A stretch of 64,000 bases of DNA from IMG/VR virus record IMGVR_UViG_3300025141_000022, positions 64,001-128,000 of that record; one strand, written 5' to 3'. Shown piece by piece: positions 37,879-46,352 of this stretch (position 1 is its first letter; each line of letters opens with the position of its first letter). A program made the position numbers and the translations under genes. The stretch comes from a virus. Under the pieces are notes generated by a model that worked only from the letters and a program-made list of their open reading frames with translations, made no database searches and was not told where the DNA came from.

Positions 37879-38314
37879 ATTTTTAGCAATATTTCTAAGC
37901 TTTAATCTTGCAGTACCGATGACAGCGTTTGCAGAAGATCCTCAATTTACCAATTTGGAAATAGGAGAGGCGGCGCCTTTTGCTGGAACTTTGTTCAACC
38001 CAGCGGCTGTATCTGAGTTGATAGTTGATAGTCAATTTTCTATGGATGAGTGTGATTTACGCATACAATTTGAAAAAGATCGGATCGCAGCACAATACCA
38101 ACTGCAGTTGGACATTTTACAAGCTAGTTATGATGGTTTACAAGAAAGGCACACTCTTTTGATGGACATCAAGCAAGAAGAAATTGATACTTATAGGGAT
38201 ATGGCCCTAGAGAGGCCAAATCGGAACAACCATTGGTGGCTAGCCGGTGGCGTCCTATCGGGTATTGGATTAACAATAGGAGTCCTTTGGGCCACACAGG
38301 AGATACAACAATGA
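37868..38314 (+). CDS. Exported protein with signal peptide, coiled coil and C-terminal TM helix (start probably ATG 37868)
   Basis: MWNKFLAIFLSFNLAVPMTAFA signal peptide; C-terminal WWLAGGVLSGIGLTIGVLWA. Confidence 0.55.
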   Translation: MWNKFLAIFLSFNLAVPMTAFAEDPQFTNLEIGEAAPFAGTLFNPAAVSELIVDSQFSMDECDLRIQFEKDRIAAQYQLQLDILQASYDGLQERHTLLMDIKQEEIDTYRDMALERPNRNNHWWLAGGVLSGIGLTIGVLWATQEIQQ

Positions 38315-38631
38315 AAATATCAAAAGGTAGATTAAAGCAACTTATCATGGAAGAGATGAGCTATATAGAAGAGGGCGGAGAAGCCGGCCACTTAGAGCCC
38401 GTGCGCTCATTTGATAGACTCTTTGAAAAAGGCGCCGCTGGTGACGTTTTTGCAGAAGCTGTAGCAAATGAGTTAATGCTAGATGAAGAAGAAGATTTTC
38501 TGGCTATGCGAGGTAGCATTCAACGTGCGTTGGTAGATTGGTATAGACGCCATCAAAGTCAGAGATATCCAACCGGCGCCACCCCTGGTGCCCCGATGCA
38601 AGAAACTAACAAGAAAAAGCGTGGGAAATGA
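38311..38631 (+). CDS. MKI-leader protein (true start ATG 38311)
   Basis: AGGAG RBS before ATG 38311; MKISKGRLKQLIMEEMSYIEE. Confidence 0.75.
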   Translation: MKISKGRLKQLIMEEMSYIEEGGEAGHLEPVRSFDRLFEKGAAGDVFAEAVANELMLDEEEDFLAMRGSIQRALVDWYRRHQSQRYPTGATPGAPMQETNKKKRGK

Positions 38632-39023
38632 AAAAGAAGGATGGTCGTTACATAGCTAATATGGAAAAAGCCATTGCAAAAAAATATGGCATGGAAGCAA
38701 CTATCAATCCTAAGTTTTATTGGAATTCGGACAAAGAAAAAGACTATCTGGAGCAGCTAAAGGAGGCGGTCGAACTCGACCGTGAACAGGAGCACAAAAC
38801 AGAAAAGGTCGAAATAAACGGTGTTTTAATTTCTAAAAAACTACTTAATAAAGAGACAGAACGCAAGTGTCCTGTTTGCAGTATCTATTCATTTGATGTT
38901 AGAGATGATGTTTATATGAGTAAATACGATTGTTGCTGGAAGTGCTACATACAACATGTAGAAGACAGAGAGGAACGATGGCAATCAGGATGGCGCCCAG
39001 AGTCAACAAAAAAGGAAGTTTAA
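38628..39023 (+). CDS. Hypothetical protein with Cys zinc-finger-like motif
   Basis: CPVC...CCWKC; 131 aa; coupled to the previous gene. Confidence 0.65.
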   Translation: MKKKDGRYIANMEKAIAKKYGMEATINPKFYWNSDKEKDYLEQLKEAVELDREQEHKTEKVEINGVLISKKLLNKETERKCPVCSIYSFDVRDDVYMSKYDCCWKCYIQHVEDREERWQSGWRPESTKKEV

Positions 39024-39026
39024 ATA

Positions 39027-39581
39027 ATGGCGGATACATTAGAAATCATAAGAGCAATTTCACAAGCCCAAGCAGCTTCATATGACGGTGCCCATGATGA
39101 AAGATATTCATGGGACGGTGAAGCACATAAGGTTGGCCTAAGAAGGGAAGAAGGAGACATCATCCTAGATTCCAGAGTCAATGACGGTTATGCAATTAAA
39201 TATCATGGAGATCGACTTTGTATCCACTACCATGCAGAACCCCCGCTAAAAGAAGTACATGGAAGCCAATTTGAAGCAGATGTTGAAAGTACCATCTCTT
39301 CAATCGCCTCCTTCTTAAAAAAGGAATATAAGGCTGCAACCGGAAATTCATTGTCCTTAACAGCCGAAGGAGAAGTTGATATACTAGTACAAAATACCTC
39401 TAGAGTTCGTACAATTGTGCAGGCTCATAGGTATTATAAAATCGGAGGCTTAAGTGATGTCGAGTCAGTCCCAACAGTCGAAAGACCTGATGAGAGAAAA
39501 ATTGACAAAGCCTTTAAAGATTGGTTGGCGCTAGGGGACGGCCCAAAGCCTAAAAATGTAACAAGAAAGGGGAAACAATAG
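39027..39581 (+). CDS. Hypothetical protein (184 aa)
   Basis: Tightly packed ORF upstream of the terminase; no motif recognised. Confidence 0.6.
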   Translation: MADTLEIIRAISQAQAASYDGAHDERYSWDGEAHKVGLRREEGDIILDSRVNDGYAIKYHGDRLCIHYHAEPPLKEVHGSQFEADVESTISSIASFLKKEYKAATGNSLSLTAEGEVDILVQNTSRVRTIVQAHRYYKIGGLSDVESVPTVERPDERKIDKAFKDWLALGDGPKPKNVTRKGKQ

Positions 39582-39779
39582 ATGGTCTTAGAAGAGTTGC
39601 AAGAAATTATCAATGCTCTCTCAAAAGCCGCCGGTGATGCAGATAAGTTTGACAATAAGAACAATGCATCTGCAGGCCGCCGCGTTCGAAAAGCCGCAAT
39701 GGAAGCAATTAAAGATTTGCGAGCATTAAGAAAGAGTGTTATTGAGGAATTAAACGAAAGAAAAGAAGACAAAGAATAG
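39582..39779 (+). CDS. Histone H1-like protein, Hc1 family
   Basis: DADKFDNKNNASAGRRVRKAAMEAIKDLRALRKSV matches the Hc1-family pattern D..KF..K.N..AG.R.RK......K...+R. Confidence 0.75.
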   Translation: MVLEELQEIINALSKAAGDADKFDNKNNASAGRRVRKAAMEAIKDLRALRKSVIEELNERKEDKE

Positions 39780-39789
39780 TTAGTGTACA

Positions 39790-41379
39790 ATGTCTTTTGA
39801 ACTTTCAAAAAAAGAAATATTATCTGAAATCGTTAAAGCCGGCAAAAGTCCGAAGTACTTCTTAAACAGTTATGCTAAGATATCCCATCCTATGCATGGG
39901 CTTATTAGTTTTAAGACTTACGATTTTCAAGATCAGTTATTAGAAGATTTCAATGATTATAGATTCAATGTAATCTTGAAAGCTCGCCAGCTTGGCATAT
40001 CCACGATTACAGCAGGGTACATTGCGTGGATGATGATGTTTCATCGCGATAAGAACATCCTTGTAATTGCTACAAAGTTTACAACCGCCGCGAATTTGGT
40101 TAAAAAGGTAAAGGCAATAATTAAGTATTTGCCAGAATGGATGCAAATCGCAAATATAAGTATAGATAATAGAACATCATTTGAGCTTTCAAACGGCTCA
40201 CAGATTAAAGCCTCTTCGACATCGGGTGATGCTGGTCGTTCAGAGGCTCTTTCTTTGTTGGTAGTTGATGAGGCCGCTCACGTTGAAGGATTAGAAGAGT
40301 TGTGGACTGGCCTGTATCCTACACTATCAACTGGTGGCCGCTGTATCGCACTATCGACTCCCAATGGGGTGGGTAACTGGTTTCACAAAACGTATATTGA
40401 GGCAGAAGAAGGCTCAAATGACTTTCATTGTTCTCTTTTGCGATGGGATGTTCATCCTGATCGTGGTATGGGCTGGTTTGAAAAAGAAACTAGAAACATG
40501 TCCCGAAGAGAAATTGCACAGGAGTTAGAGTGCAACTTTAATACATCTGGCGAAACCGTAATACACCCCGAAGATATACAAAGATTAATGGAGGCAACAT
40601 ATGAGCCAAAACACAGAACAGGGTTTGACAGGAATTATTGGATCTGGGAAGAATATGATCCAGAATTTAGTTACTTATTGGTGGCAGATGTTGCCCGAGG
40701 AGACGGCGCAGATTACTCTGTGTTTCATGTACTTAAATTGGAGACAATGGAGTTTATAGCAGAATACCAAGGAAAGCCAAATCTTGATATGTATGCCAAT
40801 ATTCTCAATCAGGTAGGTCGAGAATACGGAAACTGCTTACTGGTTGTCGAAAATAACAGTCTAGGAATCTCAATTTTAGAAAAGCTCAAAGATTTAGAAT
40901 ATCCAAATATCTATTTTTCGATTAAGTCTACTCATGAATATGTGGAGCAATATCAAGCCGAGGGTATGAGCAATTCTGTGCCGGGATTTACTACGTCATC
41001 GAAGACTAGACCATTAATAATTGCAAAATTAGAGGAATTCATTCGAAATAAACTAATTACTATATATTCTTCCAGAACTCTGAATGAAATGACCACTTTT
41101 ATTTGGAACAATGGAAAGCCACAATCTATGAGAGGTTATAATGATGATCTGATAATTGCGTTGGCTATTGCTTGTTGGGTTAAAGATACAGCTTTAGAAG
41201 TTAACCAAAAAGATGTACAATATAAGAAAGCATTTTTAGGCTCTCTTTCTAAGGCAAATTCGCAGCTTAACACCACTATACCCGGCATGCACGGATATAA
41301 AGGCAAATCCGCTACCGACAGGGCAAGAAAGCAGCACGAAAAAATAGTTCACCAATTTCCATGGATATTCAAAGGTTAA
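39790..41379 (+). CDS. terL: Terminase large subunit (T4 gp17-like)
   Basis: ILKARQLGIST Walker A, LLVVDEAAH Walker B, LSTPNG coupling motif, ADVARGDGADYS nuclease motif, NDDLIIALAIA. Confidence 0.95.
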   Translation: MSFELSKKEILSEIVKAGKSPKYFLNSYAKISHPMHGLISFKTYDFQDQLLEDFNDYRFNVILKARQLGISTITAGYIAWMMMFHRDKNILVIATKFTTAANLVKKVKAIIKYLPEWMQIANISIDNRTSFELSNGSQIKASSTSGDAGRSEALSLLVVDEAAHVEGLEELWTGLYPTLSTGGRCIALSTPNGVGNWFHKTYIEAEEGSNDFHCSLLRWDVHPDRGMGWFEKETRNMSRREIAQELECNFNTSGETVIHPEDIQRLMEATYEPKHRTGFDRNYWIWEEYDPEFSYLLVADVARGDGADYSVFHVLKLETMEFIAEYQGKPNLDMYANILNQVGREYGNCLLVVENNSLGISILEKLKDLEYPNIYFSIKSTHEYVEQYQAEGMSNSVPGFTTSSKTRPLIIAKLEEFIRNKLITIYSSRTLNEMTTFIWNNGKPQSMRGYNDDLIIALAIACWVKDTALEVNQKDVQYKKAFLGSLSKANSQLNTTIPGMHGYKGKSATDRARKQHEKIVHQFPWIFKG

Positions 41380-41387
41380 AATAAAAA

Positions 41388-43376
41388 ATGGCAGATAGAA
41401 GAAGAAACCCAAGAAACCCGAGTTCAGAATTATTCGGCAGACTCACTAGACTATTTTCTGGTCCGCTGGTTAATTATCGGGCACAAGACATCAGAAGGTA
41501 CAGGCGCCGCCACCTAGATAAATTTAATTTTAAGTCTAGCAGCGGCCAAGAATTTAGAAAATCATCTTATAATCCATATGCTTCCTTGCAAACGGAGCTT
41601 ATGGTTAACCAAGATCGTGCGCTAAGATATGTTGATTTTGATCAGATGGAGTATACTCCAGAAATTGCTTCTGCGCTAGATATATACGCTGACGAAATGA
41701 CAACATACTCTGATTTGCAGAGAATGTTGTCTATCGATTGTCCAAACGAAGAGATCAAGGTTGTTCTTGATAGTTTATATCAGAGCGTAATGAACCTAGA
41801 GTTTAATTTGTTCGGCTGGTGTCGGACCATGTGTAAGTACGGAGACTTTTTTCTTTATCTCGATATCGATGAGGGAATGGGCGTCCGCGCCACAATTGGA
41901 TTGCCAGCTAACGAAGTAGAAAGGTTAGAGGGAGAAGACAAAACAAATCCAAATTATGTACAATATCAGTGGAACTCTGGCGGGCTAACATTCGAGAACT
42001 GGCAGATTGCCCACTTTAGGATTCTTGGAAATGATAAATATGCTCCATATGGAACATCTGTTCTAGAACCGGCACGAAGAATTTGGAGACAACTTACATT
42101 ACTAGAAGACGCCATGATGGCATATCGAATTGTTCGTTCTCCTGAGAGAAGGGTGTTTTACATTGATGTTGGCAACATTTCTCCACAAGATGTCGAAACT
42201 TATATGCAGAAAGCCATTACTCAGCTAAAGAGAAATCAAGTGGTTGATACAGAATCCGGCCGCGTTGACTTACGTTATAATCCAATGAGTATCGAAGAGG
42301 ATTATTTTATCCCCGTCAGGGGCCAAACAAGTTCGCGAATTGAAAATCTTCCAGGCGGGACATATACGGGTGATATTGAGGACGTTAAGTATTTGCGCGA
42401 AAAGCTGTTCTCGGCACTGAAGATCCCAATGTCATATTTGGCTCAGGGCGAGGGTGCCGCAGAGGATAAAACAACATTAGCACAAAAGGATATTCGATTT
42501 GCTAGAACTATTCAGAGGCTTCAGCGTGTTATAATTAGCGAATTGGAAAAAATTGGTATCGTCCACCTTTATACCCTAGGGTATCGTGGTGATGACTTGA
42601 TTTCTTTCAAACTTCGCCTAAATAACCCTTCTAAGATTGCTGAATTACAAGAATTGGAACACTGGAGGACAAAGTTCGAAGTTGCCGGCGGAGCCACAGA
42701 AGGATTCTTTTCTCGTCGCTGGGTCGCTAAAAAGTTATTCAATATGACTGACGAAGAATTCATCAGAAACCAGAGAGAAATGTTCTTTGATAGAAGATTT
42801 GATGCTCAACTTGAAGCTGAGTCTGAAGCTGTTGCGGCAGAAGCTACAGCCGCCGCCGGCGGTGGTGAAGACCTTGGCCTAGGCGATGAGGAGGGCGGAG
42901 ACGAAGATCTCGGCCTAGGCGGCGAAGAGGATCTTGGCGGCGAAGAGGATCTTGGCGGCGAAGAAGAAGGTGGAGAAGAAGATGTCCTATTGGCCGAGCC
43001 TGCTAAGAGAAAAGATGATATCGATGGTGATATTGTTAGGACCAGAACTGGCAGAAAAGCATATAAGCCAAAGGGTTCTAACAAGGTGTACACACGCGGC
43101 TCCAAAGGCAAAGGGTATGTGCCCGAGACATCTCCAGACTACGCCGGGAGTGCTCGCCAGCGCAGTATTCAAGGCCAATATGGCAGAGAGGTGGCGAGAG
43201 CCACCCTAAGAAACACTCATAAGGGCGCTCAAGACATGTTTAGTCTTGGAAAAGGGATTTACGAAGGATATGAAACTAATTATAGTTCGGAAGAAGAGAA
43301 GATATTTGAAGCCAGTAAAACGGTGAAAGATCTAATCATAGAATTGGAGCTTAAACAGAATGAAGACAAAACATAA
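41388..43376 (+). CDS. Portal protein (T4 gp20-like) with acidic/Gly-rich C-terminal extension
   Basis: IASALDIYADE, LLEDAMMAYRIVRSPERRVFYIDVGN, EEDYFIPVRG, IEDVKYLREKLFSALKIP, DIRFARTIQRLQ. Confidence 0.95.
   Translation: MADRRRNPRNPSSELFGRLTRLFSGPLVNYRAQDIRRYRRRHLDKFNFKSSSGQEFRKSSYNPYASLQTELMVNQDRALRYVDFDQMEYTPEIASALDIYADEMTTYSDLQRMLSIDCPNEEIKVVLDSLYQSVMNLEFNLFGWCRTMCKYGDFFLYLDIDEGMGVRATIGLPANEVERLEGEDKTNPNYVQYQWNSGGLTFENWQIAHFRILGNDKYAPYGTSVLEPARRIWRQLTLLEDAMMAYRIVRSPERRVFYIDVGNISPQDVETYMQKAITQLKRNQVVDTESGRVDLRYNPMSIEEDYFIPVRGQTSSRIENLPGGTYTGDIEDVKYLREKLFSALKIPMSYLAQGEGAAEDKTTLAQKDIRFARTIQRLQRVIISELEKIGIVHLYTLGYRGDDLISFKLRLNNPSKIAELQELEHWRTKFEVAGGATEGFFSRRWVAKKLFNMTDEEFIRNQREMFFDRRFDAQLEAESEAVAAEATAAAGGGEDLGLGDEEGGDEDLGLGGEEDLGGEEDLGGEEEGGEEDVLLAEPAKRKDDIDGDIVRTRTGRKAYKPKGSNKVYTRGSKGKGYVPETSPDYAGSARQRSIQGQYGREVARATLRNTHKGAQDMFSLGKGIYEGYETNYSSEEEKIFEASKTVKDLIIELELKQNEDKT
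42918..42964 (+). repeat. 18-bp tandem repeat (GGCGGCGAAGAGGATCTT x~2.6) encoding GGEEDL
   Basis: Two exact copies plus a partial copy, within the portal C-terminal acidic tract. Confidence 0.85.
43275..43283 (+). promoter_or_regulatory. Putative late promoter motif ACTAATTAT (in portal 3' end)
   Basis: About 80 nt upstream of the gene at 43360. Confidence 0.35.
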
Positions 43377-44184
43377 CAAGAAACGTAATACAGCTTTTTT
43401 ATATGAAGCATTGGTAAAAGAGTTGACCAAAACGTTCATTTCTAATGAATTGGATAGGAGAGATAAGGTGTTGGACATCCTTAAGGAGCACTTTAGAAAG
43501 GGTTCGGTCCTACACAAAGAGTTAGAACTGTATAAAGCACTAACCGATTCTCACAATCTGAGTCCCAGAGTTGCGGAAAGGATGCTCTCTGAGGTGAAAA
43601 AAGTATATTTTTCATTTAGTAAAGAAGAGATCTTTGATGAGCAAACAGAAGTTATAAATAAAACAAACAAGACGCTTGGGAAAAATGTCTTTTCTAATTT
43701 TGTTCCAAATTATAAGAGTCTAGCAACAATATCTCAGATATTCAGCGATGCAGTTCCTGTGAAAAAGCGCGTAGTTCTAGAGGAAGGCTTGATTCAGAAC
43801 ATAACGGCACCCAAGCGTGTTAAGAAAAAGGAAAATTTAGTGCCTATAGACAACCTAGTTTATAAAACTTTTGTTGATAAATTTAACAAAGAATATACTG
43901 GTGTTTTGCACGAAGAACAGAAGACTTTATTGAATAATTATATTGTATCTTTTAAAGATAATAGTTTAGAATTAAAAGTTTATCTCAACGAGGAACTTGG
44001 AAGACTGAAAGAAGAAGTGACAAAGTGCGCCTTAGCACCAGAAGTTAAATCAGATAATTCTATGGCCAACTCCGTGTCTTCTGTTCTTGAAATGATTGAG
44101 GAATTCCGCACTCAGCCAGTAAATGATAAAATGGTGGAAAGAATTTTAAAGATTCAACAACTGGTTCGTGAGGTACAAAGCTAA
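43360..44184 (+). CDS. Putative prohead core/head assembly protein
   Basis: 274 aa helical protein directly after the portal (position of T4 gp67/gp68); KHNKKRNTAFLYEAL start. Confidence 0.5.
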   Translation: MKTKHNKKRNTAFLYEALVKELTKTFISNELDRRDKVLDILKEHFRKGSVLHKELELYKALTDSHNLSPRVAERMLSEVKKVYFSFSKEEIFDEQTEVINKTNKTLGKNVFSNFVPNYKSLATISQIFSDAVPVKKRVVLEEGLIQNITAPKRVKKKENLVPIDNLVYKTFVDKFNKEYTGVLHEEQKTLLNNYIVSFKDNSLELKVYLNEELGRLKEEVTKCALAPEVKSDNSMANSVSSVLEMIEEFRTQPVNDKMVERILKIQQLVREVQS

Positions 44185-44753
44185 TGGCAGTTACAATTAA
44201 AGTCGGAGCCGAAGCGAACGCTCCCGAAGCCGCCGCAGCAGAAGCTCTCCCAGTGCAGGCCACAATGGAGTTGAATATGCGTAAGTCACTTAATGGTGAT
44301 GTTATGATATTCGATCATCCAGATATAGATATTGTAATTTTGACAGAAAAAAGAAAAGTGTTGGCCTTAGCAAAAGATTTGATGTCTGATACTGTATACG
44401 AAACACAAGATCATCTTTTTAAGTATCTGTATAAAAAGGGCATAGTTGTTATAGATAGCGTCAAAGGCGGTAACGTATATGGTTCGATTGAAGGAATCAT
44501 CCAAGAATCAATACAAGAAGGAGTTGACGCAGTTCAGAGCGCTATTTTTACAATTGGTAAATTCATAGAAGAAGAGCGCCCATACTTCGAATATGAACAG
44601 AAATACAAGCAGCAAGAAGATGAATATCTTGTAGATCCAGATGCTGAACACTCTACAGAGCTTGGTGAGATTCCGCATTCTGATAAGAAGGGATCGATTA
44701 GGCCAGGATGGGTACGAGGCCCATATGGAATGTACGATCTGTATAGGGCGTAA
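44184..44753 (+). CDS. Hypothetical head-module protein (189 aa)
   Basis: Coupled to the previous gene; acidic C-terminus. Confidence 0.55.
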   Translation: MAVTIKVGAEANAPEAAAAEALPVQATMELNMRKSLNGDVMIFDHPDIDIVILTEKRKVLALAKDLMSDTVYETQDHLFKYLYKKGIVVIDSVKGGNVYGSIEGIIQESIQEGVDAVQSAIFTIGKFIEEERPYFEYEQKYKQQEDEYLVDPDAEHSTELGEIPHSDKKGSIRPGWVRGPYGMYDLYRA

Positions 44754-44763
44754 CGGAGTGTAG

Positions 44764-45078
44764 ATGGAATTAATTTGGTTTGTCCTCGCGGCATACGGAC
44801 TAACTCAAATATTGATTTATGGCTCTATATTCGACAAGATTAGACCAACAACTGGAAGGCTTGGCGAGCTATTTAGCTGTCCTATGTGCCTAGGCTTTTG
44901 GGTTGGTGCATTTTTGTTTGGCATTAATGGATATACAGAACTATTTACGTTTGAGTATACTATTGCTAATTTATTTATTTTAGGCTGGCTTTCTTCGGGT
45001 ACCTCATATACCCTCAATATGCTCATCGGAGATCAAGGATTTAGACATGAAAAGACAAACGTGGACAGGAGGATTTAG
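44764..45078 (+). CDS. Small membrane protein, DUF1360-like
   Basis: Three hydrophobic segments and the LFSCPMCLGFWVG (CxxCxGxW) motif. Confidence 0.65.
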   Translation: MELIWFVLAAYGLTQILIYGSIFDKIRPTTGRLGELFSCPMCLGFWVGAFLFGINGYTELFTFEYTIANLFILGWLSSGTSYTLNMLIGDQGFRHEKTNVDRRI

Positions 45079-45102
45079 ACATGAAAAGACAAACGTGGAC
45101 AG
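45036..45102 (+). repeat. Direct tandem duplication, 33-bp exact unit, period 34
   Basis: AGGATTTAGACATGAAAAGACAAACGTGGACAG at 45036-45068 and 45070-45102. Confidence 0.9.
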
Positions 45103-45206
45103 CGAAGTGGATGCTTCAACCAGTTAGACACTGTTGCAAAGGCAAGATAATCACGCGGGTAGCGCCCGCACATTTTTTTAATAAACGGAGATACAGTAAT
45201 GAGTAG
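45081..45206 (+). CDS. Possible micro-ORF (41 aa) MKRQTWTAKWMLQPVRHCCKG...
   Basis: ATG in the second repeat copy preceded by GGAGG; not in the ORF track; short. Confidence 0.35.
   Translation: MKRQTWTAKWMLQPVRHCCKGKIITRVAPAHFFNKRRYSNE
45155..45180 (+). terminator. Possible intrinsic terminator
   Basis: GCGGG-TAGCG-CCCGC stem followed by ACA and a T7 run; the stem is short. Confidence 0.35.
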
Positions 45207-45747
45207 ATGGGGAAAACCAACCAAAAATAACAAGAGAAGAGATCCAAGATACTTCTTGAACGAACAAGAGGAAAAGGAAGCACAGCGCGATCCATCAGGT
45301 GGCGCCCCAGCTGCCCAATTGGATGAAAAAGAAGTTCTACCACTAATCCAAAGCTTCTATAAGGCTATGCGCGCAGCCCGCGATGGGGTGCAATCTTCCC
45401 GTAAAGCTTTAGGCGATGACTGGGTTAAAAAACAAGCCCAAAAATATTCCCAAAGAGCCGGCGATCAAGAACAAAATCTTAAGATGTGGTTTCAAACCAC
45501 GGTGGGCGACGGCATGTGGCGCGCCGCTCGTGCCATGGCTCCTGTTTATGCTGACATTAGAAAAGGCGCCCGAGGATCTGCTAACTCGATAGATATCATC
45601 GCACACCATGCTGGCGACATGGCAGAGAAATTTTTGCAACAAACAAAGGGCATGAAAGCCAAAATGGCATTTCTAGAACAATTTGACGAGTTAACCAAAG
45701 AGTATTTTGAAAACACTGAGAGATTTGGAAAGGGACACATACTGTGA
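45199..45747 (+). CDS. DPRYFLxE-leader protein
   Basis: MSRWGKPTKNNKRRDPRYFLNE; GGAG RBS; immediately upstream of the prohead protease. Confidence 0.75.
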   Translation: MSRWGKPTKNNKRRDPRYFLNEQEEKEAQRDPSGGAPAAQLDEKEVLPLIQSFYKAMRAARDGVQSSRKALGDDWVKKQAQKYSQRAGDQEQNLKMWFQTTVGDGMWRAARAMAPVYADIRKGARGSANSIDIIAHHAGDMAEKFLQQTKGMKAKMAFLEQFDELTKEYFENTERFGKGHIL

Positions 45748-46352
45748 AAGTACTTTTACGAGAATACTATGAATTATGTGAAGGCGGTGTTTGCCAAGAT
45801 CTTTTAACTGAAGATGAAAAGAGATATGTGGCAAACGGCGGCTTAATTTTGACTGGAAAACTACAAGAAGCAGATGTGCAAAACGGGAACGGCCGTGTGT
45901 ATCCGCAAAGAGTATTACAGAGAGAAATGCAAAATTACCAAAAACTTGTAAAAGAAAGAAGAGCCCTTGGAGAGTTAGATCATCCTGAAGATTCAGTTAT
46001 TAACCTTAAGAACGCATCTCATATGGTTACAGAGGTGTGGTGGGATGGTTCTGCGGTTATGGGTAAAGTTAAAGTTTTAAATACGCCATCTGGCAAAATA
46101 TTACAAGAATTAGTGAGTGATGGTGTTAAGCTGGGAATTTCGTCCCGTGGCTTGGGATCTGTTAGCGAATCACAAGGGAGAACAATTGTCGAAGACGATT
46201 TCACATTAATCTGTTTTGACTTCGTATCAGAACCATCAACGCCAAATGCATTTATGCTTAAAGAAAATAAGAATGCGCCAAATATTTTTACCAAAGCAGA
46301 CAAAATCAATCGCGCATTAAACGACATATTGGGAGATTATGACAATGAGTAA
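45744..46352 (+). CDS. Prohead maturation protease (T4 gp21-like)
   Basis: LQEADVQNGNGRVYP, ALGELDHP, SHMVT (catalytic His), LNTPSGK, LGISSRGLGS (catalytic Ser). Confidence 0.93.
   Translation: MKVLLREYYELCEGGVCQDLLTEDEKRYVANGGLILTGKLQEADVQNGNGRVYPQRVLQREMQNYQKLVKERRALGELDHPEDSVINLKNASHMVTEVWWDGSAVMGKVKVLNTPSGKILQELVSDGVKLGISSRGLGSVSESQGRTIVEDDFTLICFDFVSEPSTPNAFMLKENKNAPNIFTKADKINRALNDILGDYDNE

Noticed and set aside
45036-45102. Direct repeats as a CRISPR mini-array
   Set aside because: Only two copies, separated by 1 nt; no spacer and no cas genes.
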